Source: a virus (taxonomy: Duplodnaviria; Heunggongvirae; Uroviricota; Caudoviricetes). From it: DNA of 36,507 nt. The DNA is taken from IMG/VR virus record IMGVR_UViG_2563366882_000002; one strand, written 5' to 3'. Shown here one piece after another: positions 26,506 to 36,507 of this stretch (positions are counted from its first letter, which is position 1; each line of letters starts with the position of its first letter). The notes under the pieces were generated by a model. That model searched no databases. It had not been told where the DNA came from and was given only the letters and a program-made list of their open reading frames with translations. A program made the translations under genes and the position numbers.

Positions 26506-27678
26506 ATGGCTCAGGATTACCACCACGGAGTGCGCGTTGTTGAAGTCAACGAAGGCACCCGATCCATTACCACGGTGAGCACCGCCATCGTGGGTATGGT
26601 CTGCACGGGCGATGATGCCGATGCAAAAATGTTTCCTCTTAATAAACCCGTGCTGATCACTGATGTGCTGACTGCCAGCGGTAAAGCGGGTGAGTCCGGT
26701 ACGCTGGCCCGTTCGCTGGACGCCATCGCTGACCAGGCAAAACCCGTGACCGTTGTTGTGCGTGTGCCGCAGGGTGAAACGGAAGAAGAAACCACGACCA
26801 ATATCATCGGAGCAGTGACCGCTGAAGGTAAAAAAACAGGCATGAAAGCCCTGTTATCTGCCCAGTCACAGCTCGGCGTTAAACCGCGCATTCTCGGCGT
26901 GCCAGGCCACGACACCAAGGCGGTAGCTACTGAGTTGCTGAGCGTGGCGCAAAGCCTGCGTGGATTTGCTTACCTGTCAGCGTATGGCTGCAAGACGGTA
27001 CAGGAGGCGATCACTTACCGTGAAAACTTCAGCCAGCGCGAAGGGATGCTGATCTGGCCTGACTTTACTGGCTGGGACACGGTGCTGAATGCCGAAGCAA
27101 CGGCATATGCCACCGCCCGTGCGCTTGGTCTGCGCGCCAAAATTGACGAGCAGACCGGATGGCACAAAAGCCTGTCCAACGTGGGCGTGAACGGTGTCAC
27201 CGGAATTTCTGCTGATGTGTTCTGGGATCTGCAGGACCCGGCAACCGATGCAGGTCTGCTGAACCAGAACGACGTCACCACGCTTGTGCGTAAAGACGGT
27301 TTCCGCTTCTGGGGTTCCCGCTGCCTGAGTGATGACCCGCTCTTTGCCTTCGAAAACTACACCCGCACGGCGCAGGTGCTGATGGACACGATGGCAGAAG
27401 CACACATGTGGGCGGTGGATAAACCGCTTAACCCGTCGCTGGCCCGCGACATTATCGAGGGTATCCGCGCCAAAATGCGCAGCCTGGTCAGTCAGGGCTA
27501 TCTCATTGGTGGTGATTGCTGGCTGGATGAGTCGGTGAACGACAAAGACACGCTGAAAGCCGGAAAACTCACCATCGACTACGACTACACGCCAGTGCCG
27601 CCACTTGAAAACCTGATGCTGCGTCAGCGCATCACCGATCAGTACCTGGTGAATTTCTCTAGCCAGGTCAGCGCGTAA
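26506..27678 (+). CDS. FI: tail sheath protein FI
   Basis: 390 aa vs P2 FI about 396. Confidence 0.8.
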   Translation: MAQDYHHGVRVVEVNEGTRSITTVSTAIVGMVCTGDDADAKMFPLNKPVLITDVLTASGKAGESGTLARSLDAIADQAKPVTVVVRVPQGETEEETTTNIIGAVTAEGKKTGMKALLSAQSQLGVKPRILGVPGHDTKAVATELLSVAQSLRGFAYLSAYGCKTVQEAITYRENFSQREGMLIWPDFTGWDTVLNAEATAYATARALGLRAKIDEQTGWHKSLSNVGVNGVTGISADVFWDLQDPATDAGLLNQNDVTTLVRKDGFRFWGSRCLSDDPLFAFENYTRTAQVLMDTMAEAHMWAVDKPLNPSLARDIIEGIRAKMRSLVSQGYLIGGDCWLDESVNDKDTLKAGKLTIDYDYTPVPPLENLMLRQRITDQYLVNFSSQVSA

Positions 27679-27687
27679 GGGGACAAC

Positions 27688-28203
27688 ATGGCTTTACCAC
27701 GCAAATTAAAACACCTGAACCTGTTTAATGACGGGAACAACTGGCAGGGGATCGTTGAGTCGCTGACGCTGCCGAAATTCACCCGCAAATATGAGAAGTA
27801 TCGCGGCGGCGGAATGCCGGGTGCAGTGGATGTGGATCTGGGGCTTGATGACAGTGCGCTGGACACAGAATTTTCCATTGGTGGCACTGAACTGCTGCTG
27901 TTTAAACAGATGGGCAAAGCCACGGTGGATGGCATCCAGTTGCGCTTCACCGGCTCTATCCAGCGTGACGATACCGGAGAAGTGCAGGCCGTGGAGCTTG
28001 TGGTGCGTGGACGTCACAAAGAAGTGGATTCCGGCGAGTGGAAGACGGGCGAAAGCAACACCACCAAAGTGACCAGTACCAACAGCTACGCGAAGCTGAC
28101 TATCAATGGTGAGGTGCTCTATGAAGTGGACCTTATCAACATGGTGGAAATTGTGGACGGTGTGGACCTGATGGAAGCGCACCGCAACGCCCTCGGCCTC
28201 TGA
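27688..28203 (+). CDS. FII: tail tube protein FII
   Basis: 171 aa vs P2 FII about 172. Confidence 0.8.
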   Translation: MALPRKLKHLNLFNDGNNWQGIVESLTLPKFTRKYEKYRGGGMPGAVDVDLGLDDSALDTEFSIGGTELLLFKQMGKATVDGIQLRFTGSIQRDDTGEVQAVELVVRGRHKEVDSGEWKTGESNTTKVTSTNSYAKLTINGEVLYEVDLINMVEIVDGVDLMEAHRNALGL

Positions 28204-28257
28204 TGTATCTGAACGGCGCGGAATGCCGCGCCAGAACCCAATTTACAGGACAGCAAA

Positions 28258-28560
28258 ATGAGCGATAAGCAGACTGAAAAGACTATTAAACTGGATACTC
28301 CCATCATGCGCGGTAAAACAGAAATTACCGAAATTGTGCTGCGTAAACCGCAGTCCGGTGCGCTGCGCGGCACACGCCTGCAGGCCATTATGGATATGGA
28401 TGTGAACGCGATGATGACCGTGATCCCCCGCATCTCCAGTCCGGCACTGACTGCACAGGAAATCGCAGAGATGGACCCGGCAGATCTCACTGCCATGTCG
28501 GTTGAGGTTGTCACTTTTTTGTTGAAGAAGTCGGTGCTTGCCGGTTTACCGACAGCCTGA
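28258..28560 (+). CDS. E: tail assembly chaperone E
   Basis: 100 aa before the tape measure gene; contains slippery TTTTTTG. Confidence 0.7.
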   Translation: MSDKQTEKTIKLDTPIMRGKTEITEIVLRKPQSGALRGTRLQAIMDMDVNAMMTVIPRISSPALTAQEIAEMDPADLTAMSVEVVTFLLKKSVLAGLPTA

Positions 28561-28694
28561 CGGTTGACGATCTGGTGGCAGATATCGCCACCATCTTTCA
28601 CTGGCCGCCATCCGTTACTGACGTTATGCCGCTGACCGAAGTGCTGGAATGGCGGTATAAAGCGATTCAGAGAAGCGGGGCCAACGATGAGTGA
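28258..28694 (+). CDS. E+E' product by programmed -1 frameshift at T TTT TTG (28515..28521)
   Basis: -1 frame is open from the slip site to TGA 28692..28694 (57 codons); predicted product about 144 aa vs P2 E+E' about 142. Confidence 0.5.
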
Positions 28695-31600
28695 TAACAA
28701 CCTGCGTCTGCAGGTCATTCTTAATGCGGTTGACAAGCTCACCCGCCCATTTCGATCTGCGCAGGCCAGTTCAAGAGAACTGGCTGCTGCTGTCAAAAAA
28801 TCCCGCGATGCAATAAAGCAGCTTGATCAGGCCGGGAGCAGTCTGGACAGCTTCCGAAAGCTGCAGGCAGAAAATCAGAAATTAGGCGACAGGCTGAACT
28901 ATGCCCGCCAGCGTGCAAATTTGCTCAGTCAGGAACTGGGAGCGATGGGGCCGCCTTCGCAACGTCAGGTTGTTGCTCTGGGCCGTCAACGGCTGGCTGT
29001 TCAGCGCCTGGAAGAACGCCAGAAAAAGCTGCAGCAGCAGACGGCGCTTGTGCGTGCTGAACTGTACCGGGCGGGAATTTCTGCGAAAGACGATGCGGGA
29101 GCAACTGCCCGTTTAGCCCGTGAAACATCACGTTATAACCAGGAACTTTCGAAACAGGAGGCGCGGCTGAAGCGACTGGGGGAAGCTCAGCGCAGGATGA
29201 ATGCAGCGCGTGCCAGTTATACCCGTTCGCTGGAGGTGCGTGATCGTATTGCAGGTGCCGGAGCCACCACCACGGCTGCAGGGCTGGCAATGGGTGCGCC
29301 AGTGATGGCGGCAGTAAAAAGCTATACCAGCATGGAAGATGCCATGAAAGGTGTGGCAAAGCAGGTCAATGGTCTGCGTGACGATAATGGCAACCGCACT
29401 GCACGTTTTTATGAAATGCAGGATGCCATCAAGGCTGCCAGCGAACAGTTGCCGATGGAAAACGGTGCGGTGGACTTCGCTGCACTGGTTGAAGGTGGTG
29501 CGCGCATGAACGTCGCAAACCGTGACGACAGCTGGGAAGATCAGAAACGTGACCTGCTGGCCTTCGCCAGTACGGCAGCAAAGGCGGCAACAGCCTTTGA
29601 GCTGCCAGCGGATGAACTGTCAGAAAGTCTGGGGAAAATCGCCCAGCTCTACAAAATCCCCACCCGCAATATTGAACAGCTCGGTGATGCGCTGAACTAT
29701 CTGGATGATAACGCCATGTCGAAAGGGGCAGACATCATTGATGTGATGCAACGTCTGGGCGGTGTGGCTGACCGTCTGGATTATCGTAAAGCGGCGGCGC
29801 TGGGTTCCACCTTCCTGACACTGGGCGCTGCGCCAGAGGTTGCAGCCAGTGCAGCAAACGCGATGGTGCGTGAATTGTCCATTGCCACCATGCAAAGCAA
29901 GAGTTTCTTTGAAGGGATGAATCTGCTGAAACTCAATCCTGAAGTGATTGAAAAGCAGATGACGAAGGATGCGATGGGAACCATCCAGCGCGTGCTGGAG
30001 AAGGTAAACGCGCTGCCGCAGGACAAGCGCCTGTCTGCCATGACTATGTTGTTTGGTAAAGAGTTTGGCGATGACGCGGCGAAACTGGCAAACAACCTGC
30101 CGGAACTGCAGCGTCAGTTAAAACTGACAGCGGGCAATGATGCGCTCGGCTCCATGCAGAAAGAATCCGACATTAACAAGGATTCACTTTCTGCGCAGTG
30201 GTTGCTGGTCAAAACCGGAGCGCAGAACACCTTCAGCAGCCTGGGCGAAACGCTGCGCCAGCCGCTGATGGATATTCTGTACACGGTGAAAAGCGTCACG
30301 GGGGCGTTGCGTCGCTGGGTGGAAGCTAACCCGGAACTGACAGGCACACTGATGAAAGCATCGGCTGTTGTGGCTGCGGTTACCGTCGGCCTCGGCACCT
30401 TAGCGGTGGCGCTGGCTGCAGTGCTGGGGCCGCTGGCAGTGATCCGTCTGGGATTCTCTGTGTTGGGTATCAAAACGTTATCTTCCGTTACGGCAGCAGT
30501 AACTCGAACCAGCAGCGCGTTGTCCTGGCTGGCTGGCGCACCACTGGCACTGCTGCGACGCGGGCTTGCTTCATCGGGCAACGCCGCAGGTTTACTTACT
30601 GCGCCGTTGTCGTCTTTGCGCCGCACGGCATCACTGACGGGAAATGTCCTGAAAACTATAGCAGGTGCGCCGGTTGCACTTTTGCTGTCTGGATTATCCG
30701 GTTTACGTGCTGTTGCTGTGATGTTTATGAATCCTCTGGCGGTACTGCGCGGTGGACTGGCCGCCGCAGGCACGGTGCTGCGAGTACTGGCATCTGGTCC
30801 ACTGGCGATGCTGCGCGTTGCCCTGTATGCCATATCTGGTCTGTTAGGTGCTCTGCTCAGTCCGATAGGTCTTGTGGTTACTGCACTGGCGGGCGTGGCG
30901 CTGGTTGTCTGGAAATACTGGCAACCCATCACCGCATTTCTCGGTGGCGTGGTGGAAGGATTCAAAGCGGCGGCAGGTCCCATCAGTGCAGCGTTCGAAC
31001 CGCTTAAGCCCGTGTTCCAGTGGATTGGCGACAAAGTGCAGGCGCTGTGGGGCTGGTTTACTGATCTGCTGACGCCCGTTAAGTCGACCTCTGCCGAACT
31101 GCAGAGCGCAGCGGCAATGGGGCGGCGATTCGGGGAGGCACTGGCGGAAGGGCTGAATATGGTCATGCATCCGCTGGACTCCCTGAAATCCGGCGTTTCC
31201 TGGTTGCTGGAGAAGCTCGGCATTGTCAGTAAAGAAGCCGCAAAGGCAAAACTGCCGGAAAGCGTGACGCGTCAGCAACCTGCGACGGTGAATGCAGACG
31301 GTAAAGTGATGATGCCATCGGGTGGTTTTCCATCATGGGGATATGGCTTTGCGGGGATGTATGACAGCGGCGGGTATATCCCGCGCGAGCAGTTTGGCAT
31401 CGTCGGTGAAAACGGGCCGGAAATTGTTAACGGCCCGGCAAATGTGACCAGCCGGAGAAATACAGCTGCACTGGCTGCGGTTGTTGCCGGAATGATGGGC
31501 GTTGCTGCCGCGCCAGCAGAGCTTCCACCGTTGCACCCTTTGGCACTTCCCGCGAAAGGTGGAGAAGCAATTGTGAGTCGCGCAGCCACTGTGCCGCTCG

Positions 31601-31764
31601 TTCAACGGATTGAGGCACCGACGCAGATCATCATTCAGACGCAGCCAGGACAAAGTGCGCAGGATATTGCGCGGGAGGTGGCACGCCAGCTTGATGAACG
31701 TGAACGCAGGCTGAAGGCAAAAGCCAGGAGTAACTACAGCGATCAGGGGGGATACGACGCATGA
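28687..31764 (+). CDS. T: tail tape measure protein T
   Basis: 1025 aa, coiled-coil-rich N-terminus and A/G/L-rich hydrophobic middle. Confidence 0.8.
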   Translation: MSDNNLRLQVILNAVDKLTRPFRSAQASSRELAAAVKKSRDAIKQLDQAGSSLDSFRKLQAENQKLGDRLNYARQRANLLSQELGAMGPPSQRQVVALGRQRLAVQRLEERQKKLQQQTALVRAELYRAGISAKDDAGATARLARETSRYNQELSKQEARLKRLGEAQRRMNAARASYTRSLEVRDRIAGAGATTTAAGLAMGAPVMAAVKSYTSMEDAMKGVAKQVNGLRDDNGNRTARFYEMQDAIKAASEQLPMENGAVDFAALVEGGARMNVANRDDSWEDQKRDLLAFASTAAKAATAFELPADELSESLGKIAQLYKIPTRNIEQLGDALNYLDDNAMSKGADIIDVMQRLGGVADRLDYRKAAALGSTFLTLGAAPEVAASAANAMVRELSIATMQSKSFFEGMNLLKLNPEVIEKQMTKDAMGTIQRVLEKVNALPQDKRLSAMTMLFGKEFGDDAAKLANNLPELQRQLKLTAGNDALGSMQKESDINKDSLSAQWLLVKTGAQNTFSSLGETLRQPLMDILYTVKSVTGALRRWVEANPELTGTLMKASAVVAAVTVGLGTLAVALAAVLGPLAVIRLGFSVLGIKTLSSVTAAVTRTSSALSWLAGAPLALLRRGLASSGNAAGLLTAPLSSLRRTASLTGNVLKTIAGAPVALLLSGLSGLRAVAVMFMNPLAVLRGGLAAAGTVLRVLASGPLAMLRVALYAISGLLGALLSPIGLVVTALAGVALVVWKYWQPITAFLGGVVEGFKAAAGPISAAFEPLKPVFQWIGDKVQALWGWFTDLLTPVKSTSAELQSAAAMGRRFGEALAEGLNMVMHPLDSLKSGVSWLLEKLGIVSKEAAKAKLPESVTRQQPATVNADGKVMMPSGGFPSWGYGFAGMYDSGGYIPREQFGIVGENGPEIVNGPANVTSRRNTAALAAVVAGMMGVAAAPAELPPLHPLALPAKGGEAIVSRAATVPLVQRIEAPTQIIIQTQPGQSAQDIAREVARQLDERERRLKAKARSNYSDQGGYDA

Positions 31765-32246
31765 TGATGGTGCTGGGATTGTACGTGTTTATGCTGCGCA
31801 CCGTTCCGTATCAGGAACTGCAGTATCAACGCAGCTGGCGACATGCGGCAAACAGTCGGGTAAACCGACGTCCGTCCACGCAGTTTCTGGGACCGGACAA
31901 CGACATGCTGACGCTTTCCGGTGTTCTTATGCCGGAGATAACAGGTGGCAGGATGTCGTTGCTGGCACTGGAGCAGATGGCAGAACAGGGGAAAGCATGG
32001 CCCCTGATTGAAGGCAGCGGCACGATTTATGGCATGTATGTGATTGAGGGACTGAATCAGACTAAAACGGAGTTTTTTCGCGACGGTATGCCGCGCCGGA
32101 TTGAGTTCACCCTGTCGCTCAAACGAGTGGATGAATCCCTGTCCGATATGTTCGGTGATCTCAGTGCGCAACTGAATAATCTGCAGGACACGGCAACGTC
32201 TGCCTTAAGCGATATCAGTAAAACGGTGGGAGGGCTGCTGTCGTGA
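31761..32246 (+). CDS. U: tail protein U
   Basis: 161 aa vs P2 U about 159. Confidence 0.7.
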   Translation: MMMVLGLYVFMLRTVPYQELQYQRSWRHAANSRVNRRPSTQFLGPDNDMLTLSGVLMPEITGGRMSLLALEQMAEQGKAWPLIEGSGTIYGMYVIEGLNQTKTEFFRDGMPRRIEFTLSLKRVDESLSDMFGDLSAQLNNLQDTATSALSDISKTVGGLLS

Positions 32247-33343
32247 ATTTCAGCTCTGAACTGCTTAACAAAGGCAACAAAACTCCCGCATTCAGCATCA
32301 GTATTGAGGGCAGGGATATCACCACTGTGCTGGATAACCGCCTGATGAGTTTGACGCTGACGGATAACCGGGGCTTTGAAGCGGACCAGCTTGATCTGGA
32401 GCTGGATGACGCTGACGGAAAAATCGTGCTGCCGCGCCGTGGTGCGGTTATTACGCTGGCGCTGGGCTGGAAGGGGCAGCCGCTTTTCCCGAAAGGGGCA
32501 TTCACAGTGGACGAGATTGAACACACTGGCGCACCGGACCGCCTGACTATCCGGGCGCGAAGTGCTGATTTTCGGGAAACGCTGAATACCCGCCGTGAAA
32601 AATCGTGGCATAAGACCACCGTCGGGGAAGTGGTGAAGGAAATAGCCGCGCGGCACAAGCTGAAGATGGCACTGGGTAAAGACCTGTCGGATAAGCCCGT
32701 GGAGCATATAGACCAGACTAATGAGAGTGACGGCAGTTTTCTGATGCGGCTGGCGCGACAGTACGGTGCCATCGCGTCGGTGAAAAATGGCAATCTGTTA
32801 TTCATCCGGCAGGGGCAGGGCAAAAGCGCCACTGGTAAACCTCTGCCAGTGATCACTATCACACGCAAGGACGGCGACAGTCACCGATTTACCCTGGCAG
32901 ATCGCGGAGCCTACACGGGCGTAATTGCCAGCTGGTTGCATACCCGCGAACCTGCGAAGAAAGAAAGCACCACGGTGAAGCGTAAGCGCAGAACTAAGAA
33001 GCAGAAGAAAGAGCCAGAAGCGAAGCAGGGCGATTACCTGGTGGGTACGGATGAAAACGTGCTGGTACTTAATCGCACTTATGCCAACCGGAGCAACGCC
33101 GAACGAGCGGCGAAAATGCAGTGGGAACGCCTGCAACGCGGCGTTGCGTCATTTTCGCTACAACTGGCAGAAGGGCGGGCAGATCTCTACACGGAAATGC
33201 CTGTGAAGGTCAGTGGTTTTAAACAGCCGATAGATGATGCGGAATGGACCATTACGACTCTGACGCATACCGTCAGCCCGGATAACGGTTTTACGACCAG
33301 TTTGGAGCTTGAAGTGAGGATTGATGATTTCGAAATGGAATGA
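32243..33343 (+). CDS. D: tail protein D
   Basis: 366 aa; synteny. Confidence 0.75.
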   Translation: MNFSSELLNKGNKTPAFSISIEGRDITTVLDNRLMSLTLTDNRGFEADQLDLELDDADGKIVLPRRGAVITLALGWKGQPLFPKGAFTVDEIEHTGAPDRLTIRARSADFRETLNTRREKSWHKTTVGEVVKEIAARHKLKMALGKDLSDKPVEHIDQTNESDGSFLMRLARQYGAIASVKNGNLLFIRQGQGKSATGKPLPVITITRKDGDSHRFTLADRGAYTGVIASWLHTREPAKKESTTVKRKRRTKKQKKEPEAKQGDYLVGTDENVLVLNRTYANRSNAERAAKMQWERLQRGVASFSLQLAEGRADLYTEMPVKVSGFKQPIDDAEWTITTLTHTVSPDNGFTTSLELEVRIDDFEME

Positions 33344-33433
33344 TTCTTCGCAATGGAGAACTTTTAAGTTTGCAAAATGGAATAATGCGGTATCATTATT
33401 GTGAATTTAGCAAAAATGGGGAGAACTCGAAAA

Positions 33434-33652
33434 ATGATGATTTGCCCACTGTGTGGAAGTGCCGCCCATACTCGCAGCAGTTTTCAGGTATCTTCATTGA
33501 CCAAAGAGCGTTACAACCAGTGCCAGAATATTAACTGCAGCCATACTTTTGTAACCCATGAAACTTTTGTTCGTTCGATTGCAACGCCAAAAGAGTCAAA
33601 TCCGGTTCAGCCGCATCCAATGAAATCAGGACAGGTGGCGCTCTCTCTTTGA
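33434..33652 (+). CDS. ogr: Ogr/Delta zinc-finger late-gene activator
   Basis: 72 aa from MMICPLCGSAAH...CQNINCSHTF, same length and Cys pattern as P2 Ogr. Confidence 0.8.
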   Translation: MMICPLCGSAAHTRSSFQVSSLTKERYNQCQNINCSHTFVTHETFVRSIATPKESNPVQPHPMKSGQVALSL

Positions 33653-33674
33653 CGCTGCCGCCATTTTGTCGCCA
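33653..33674. repeat. attR core (cgctgccgccattttgtcgcca)
   Basis: 21/22 identity with 19..40; begins immediately after the ogr stop codon. Confidence 0.6.
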
Positions 33675-33730
33675 TCGTTAAAAAACAGTGCTTCTAACGT
33701 CATGATTTTAAACGGCATAAATTTCAGACA

Positions 33731-33775
33731 ACAAAAAACCCATCAACCTTGAACCGAAATGGCGGGGTTGATGGG
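33731..33775 (-). terminator. Rho-independent terminator of ybjL (minus strand)
   Basis: stem cccatcaacc/ggttgatggg (33739..33748 and 33766..33775), followed on the minus strand by a T-run. Confidence 0.55.
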
Positions 33776-33887
33776 CTCCACAAAATGGGGACATCAAAGA
33801 AAAGCAGTGGCACTAATTAAGACTGATGCCCTGCGGAAAAGTTCTGCGGTTGTGCAAAAAAATTTCATTTTCAGGGCAACTTCAGTT

Positions 33888-35573
33888 TTATCCTAATCCT
33901 GGCCATACCATGACGATGATTGTCCCTGCCAGCGTCAGCAGGACGTTGGCGATTGCATAGGTGCCCGCATAGCCCAGCGCCGGGATGTTACTGCGAGCTG
34001 TATCACTGATGATCTCCATTGCCGGCGCGCAGGTGCGTGCGCCCATCATTGCGCCGAACAACAGTGCGCGGTTCATTCGCAATACATAAGCACCGAACAA
34101 GAAACAGATAACCACTGGCACAAGACTGACAATCAATCCGGCAATCAACATCTGACCGCCAATCGCGCCCAGGCCGTTATTAATACCGCTACCGGCGCTC
34201 AGACCAACGCCTGCCATAAACACCATTAAGCCGAACTCTTTCACCATGCTTAATGCACCCTGCGGAATGTAACCGAAGGTCGGGTGGTTAGCGCGCATAA
34301 ATCCCAGCATAATTCCGGCGAATAACAACCCGGCAGCGTTCCCCATGCCGAAACTGAATGTGCTGAATTGGAAGGTGATCATCCCGATCATCAGCCCAAT
34401 AACAAAGAAGGCGCAGAATGCCAGCAAGTCAGTGACCTGGCTGTGAATCGAGATAAAGCCGATGCGATCGGCGATGGTTTTTACGCGACGGGCATCGCCG
34501 CTGACTTGTAAAACGTCACCTTTGTTAAGCACGACGTTGTCATCTATCGGCATCTCAATCTGGCTACGAATGACGCGGTTAAGGAAGCAACCGTGATCGG
34601 TCAACTTCAGTTGTGCGAGACGTTTGCCCACGGCGTTATGGTTTTTAACGACCACTTCTTCAGTGACGATACGCATGTCGAGAAGGTCACGATCGAAAAC
34701 TTCTTTGCCGTTACGGAAGCTGGGATCGAGTCGTGCGTGGGCGTCGGGATAGCCTACCAACGCTATTTCATCGCCCATTTGTAGCACAGCATCACCGTCT
34801 GGATTCGCCAGAATCCCGTTACGTCGAATACGTTCAATGTAGCAGCCAGTTTGTCGATAAATACCCAGTTCACGCAGATTTTTGCCGTCGGTCCAGGCCA
34901 CCAGCTCCGGGCCGACGCGGTAGGCGCGGATCACCGGTAAATAAACCTTACGGTTGGCATCAGTGTCCAGGCCACGTTCGCGGGCGATTTGCTGGGCGCT
35001 GGTCTGTAAGTCCTGATGCTGCAATTTCGGCAAGTAACGCGCACCAACAATCAAACTCACCAGACCGATTAAATAGGTTAAGGCATACCCGAGGCTCAGA
35101 TTATCCAGTGCCAGTGAGAGCTGCCTGCTTTCCATGCCGGAATGACGCAGTGTATCGCCAGCACCGACCAGAACCGGTGTCGACGTCATAGAGCCAGCTA
35201 ACATACCGGCCGTCAGGCCAATATCCCAGCCAAACAGCTTACCTAACCCTAAGGCGATCACCAGCGCACTGCCAACCATCACCAGTGCTAACATTAGGTA
35301 ATTTTTCCCATCGCGAAAAAAAATGGAAAAAAAGTTCGGTCCGGCTTCGACCCCGACGCAGAAAATAAACAGCATAAAGCCAAGATTAAGCGCGTCGGTG
35401 TTAATGCTGAAATGTTGTTGGCCTAATAACAGCGATACGACTAAAACGCCAATGGAATTACCCAGTTGGATCGAACCAAGTCGTAATTTCCCGAGACATA
35501 GCCCAAGCGCGAGGACCACAAATAATAACAGAATGTAATTCCCATTTAACAATTCGGCGACGTTTATATTCAC
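33888..35573 (-). CDS. ybjL: putative transporter YbjL
   Basis: 561 aa polytopic membrane protein; N-terminus and length recognised as E. coli YbjL; neighbours ybjM and grxA. Confidence 0.8.
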
Positions 35574-35842
35574 GGAGGCTAACTTCTTGTTTACTAGTAA
35601 GCTGTTGAAAGAAATGGTAATTTACGATAATGTTTTTTACCAGAATTCAGGGCGCAGATTCATTCAGCGCACCTAAACGATAGTAAAGTAACAATATATT
35701 TTACTAGTGTAATCACATTAGGTATCAACGGCTATATGAATTGCGTTGGCCTATATTAGCATGGAATGCGAAGCGGCTTTATCTTACTGAACGCCACACT
35801 GGCGAAAAATGTGTTCGATAGACGCAGTGTCAGGAGGAACGA

Positions 35843-36220
35843 GTGAAACATAAACAACGTTGGGCGGGGGCAATCTGCTGTTTTGTCCTCTTCATTGTGG
35901 TGTGTCTTTTTCTGGCGACGCACATGAAAGGCGCTTTTCGGGCTGCCGGGCATCCTGAAATCGGTTTGCTATTTTTCATTCTTCCTGGTGCAGTTGCCAG
36001 CTTCTTTTCACATCGTAGAGAAGTCCTGAAACCTCTGTTTGGCGCAATGCTGGCGGCACCCTGTTCGATGCTCATTATGCGGCTGTTTTTTTCACCGACG
36101 CGCTCATTCTGGCAAGAGCTGGCATGGTTATTAAGTGCGGTGTTCTGGTGTGCGCTGGGGGCATTGTGTTTCTTATTTATCAGTAGTTTGTTTAAACCAC
36201 AGCACAGAAAAAATCAATAA
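35843..36220 (+). CDS. ybjM: inner membrane protein YbjM
   Basis: 125 aa from GTG 35843 with AGGAGG RBS; hydrophobic; between ybjL and grxA. Confidence 0.7.
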   Translation: MKHKQRWAGAICCFVLFIVVCLFLATHMKGAFRAAGHPEIGLLFFILPGAVASFFSHRREVLKPLFGAMLAAPCSMLIMRLFFSPTRSFWQELAWLLSAVFWCALGALCFLFISSLFKPQHRKNQ

Positions 36221-36221
36221 A

Positions 36222-36243
36222 GCCCTCAACGCGAGGGCTTGTC
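36222..36243. terminator. candidate bidirectional terminator between ybjM and grxA
   Basis: agccctc-aacgc-gagggct hairpin with T-run on the minus strand. Confidence 0.45.
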
Positions 36244-36249
36244 AGACGA

Positions 36250-36507
36250 TCAGGCGTCCAGATTCTCTTTCACCCATGCAGCAAAATCGGTATAGCCGCC
36301 GATATGTTGCTGATCGACAAAAATCTGCGGCACGGTTTCTACGGGTTTACCTGCCTTTTGTTGTAGATCTTCTTTAGTGATCCCTTCCGCACGAATATCT
36401 ACATACTGATACTGGAAATCATCGCGCTCATTGCTCAATTTCTCGGCCAGATCTTTTGCACGCACACAGTAAGGGCAACCCGGACGACCAAAAATAACGG
36501 TTTGCAT
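36250..36507 (-). CDS. grxA: glutaredoxin 1
   Basis: 85 aa with CPYC active site; sequence recognised as E. coli GrxA. Confidence 0.9.
   Translation of the reverse strand: MQTVIFGRPGCPYCVRAKDLAEKLSNERDDFQYQYVDIRAEGITKEDLQQKAGKPVETVPQIFVDQQHIGGYTDFAAWVKENLDA

Larger units (their letters stand above)
19..33674. mobile_element. P2/186-family temperate prophage, att core to att core
   Basis: P2 gene order and near-identical protein sizes from int through ogr; flanked by 22-bp imperfect direct repeat; host genes ybjL/ybjM/grxA to the right. Confidence 0.85.

Noticed and set aside
28925-31653. Multiple long ORFs on the minus strand and in alternative frames inside the tape measure gene (e.g. 30114..31223, 369 aa)
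   Set aside because: They lie entirely within a well-supported GC-rich coding region, have Ala/Arg/Pro/Ser-rich low-complexity translations typical of shadow ORFs, and lack start contexts.
32057-32868. Two minus-strand ORFs of about 216 aa overlapping genes U and D
   Set aside because: Antisense to syntenic tail genes; composition atypical; no independent support.
1-36507. CRISPR arrays, tRNA/rRNA genes, IS elements
   Set aside because: No regularly spaced direct repeats, no tRNA-like sequence noticed at the att site, and no transposase-like ORF with terminal inverted repeats; the integration target appears intergenic rather than a tRNA gene.

Overview
Almost the entire window is one P2/186-family temperate prophage of about 33.6 kb, running from int (1..1053, minus) to ogr (33434..33652) and bounded by a 22-bp att core repeat (19..40 and 33653..33674, 1 mismatch). 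It sits downstream of an E. coli-type ybjL, with ybjL-ybjM-grxA forming the right chromosomal flank. Gene order and sizes follow P2 almost gene for gene: 186-like immunity region (CI, Cox/Apl, CII-like), early genes with Dam methylase and rolling-circle replication protein A, then Q P O N M L X, lysis cassette, R S V W J I H, FI FII E/E' T U D ogr, with three TGT-N12-ACA Ogr-type late-promoter elements. Non-core content is what matters most: (1) a LexA-box-controlled Tum-like/DinI-like SOS module after gene A; (2) a cos-proximal accessory hotspot with a Zn-ribbon/DUF4145-like gene on one side of a putative cos site and, between cos and Q, a translationally coupled HipA-like kinase + HIRAN-domain operon, my top candidate for an undescribed anti-phage system; (3) a Hin-family invertase with a roughly 1.6 kb invertible tail-fibre segment carrying two alternative H C-termini, one of them behind an in-frame TGA; (4) small moron-like insertions in the immunity/early region. 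All domain calls rest on motifs read by eye and remembered family signatures; no database search was run.
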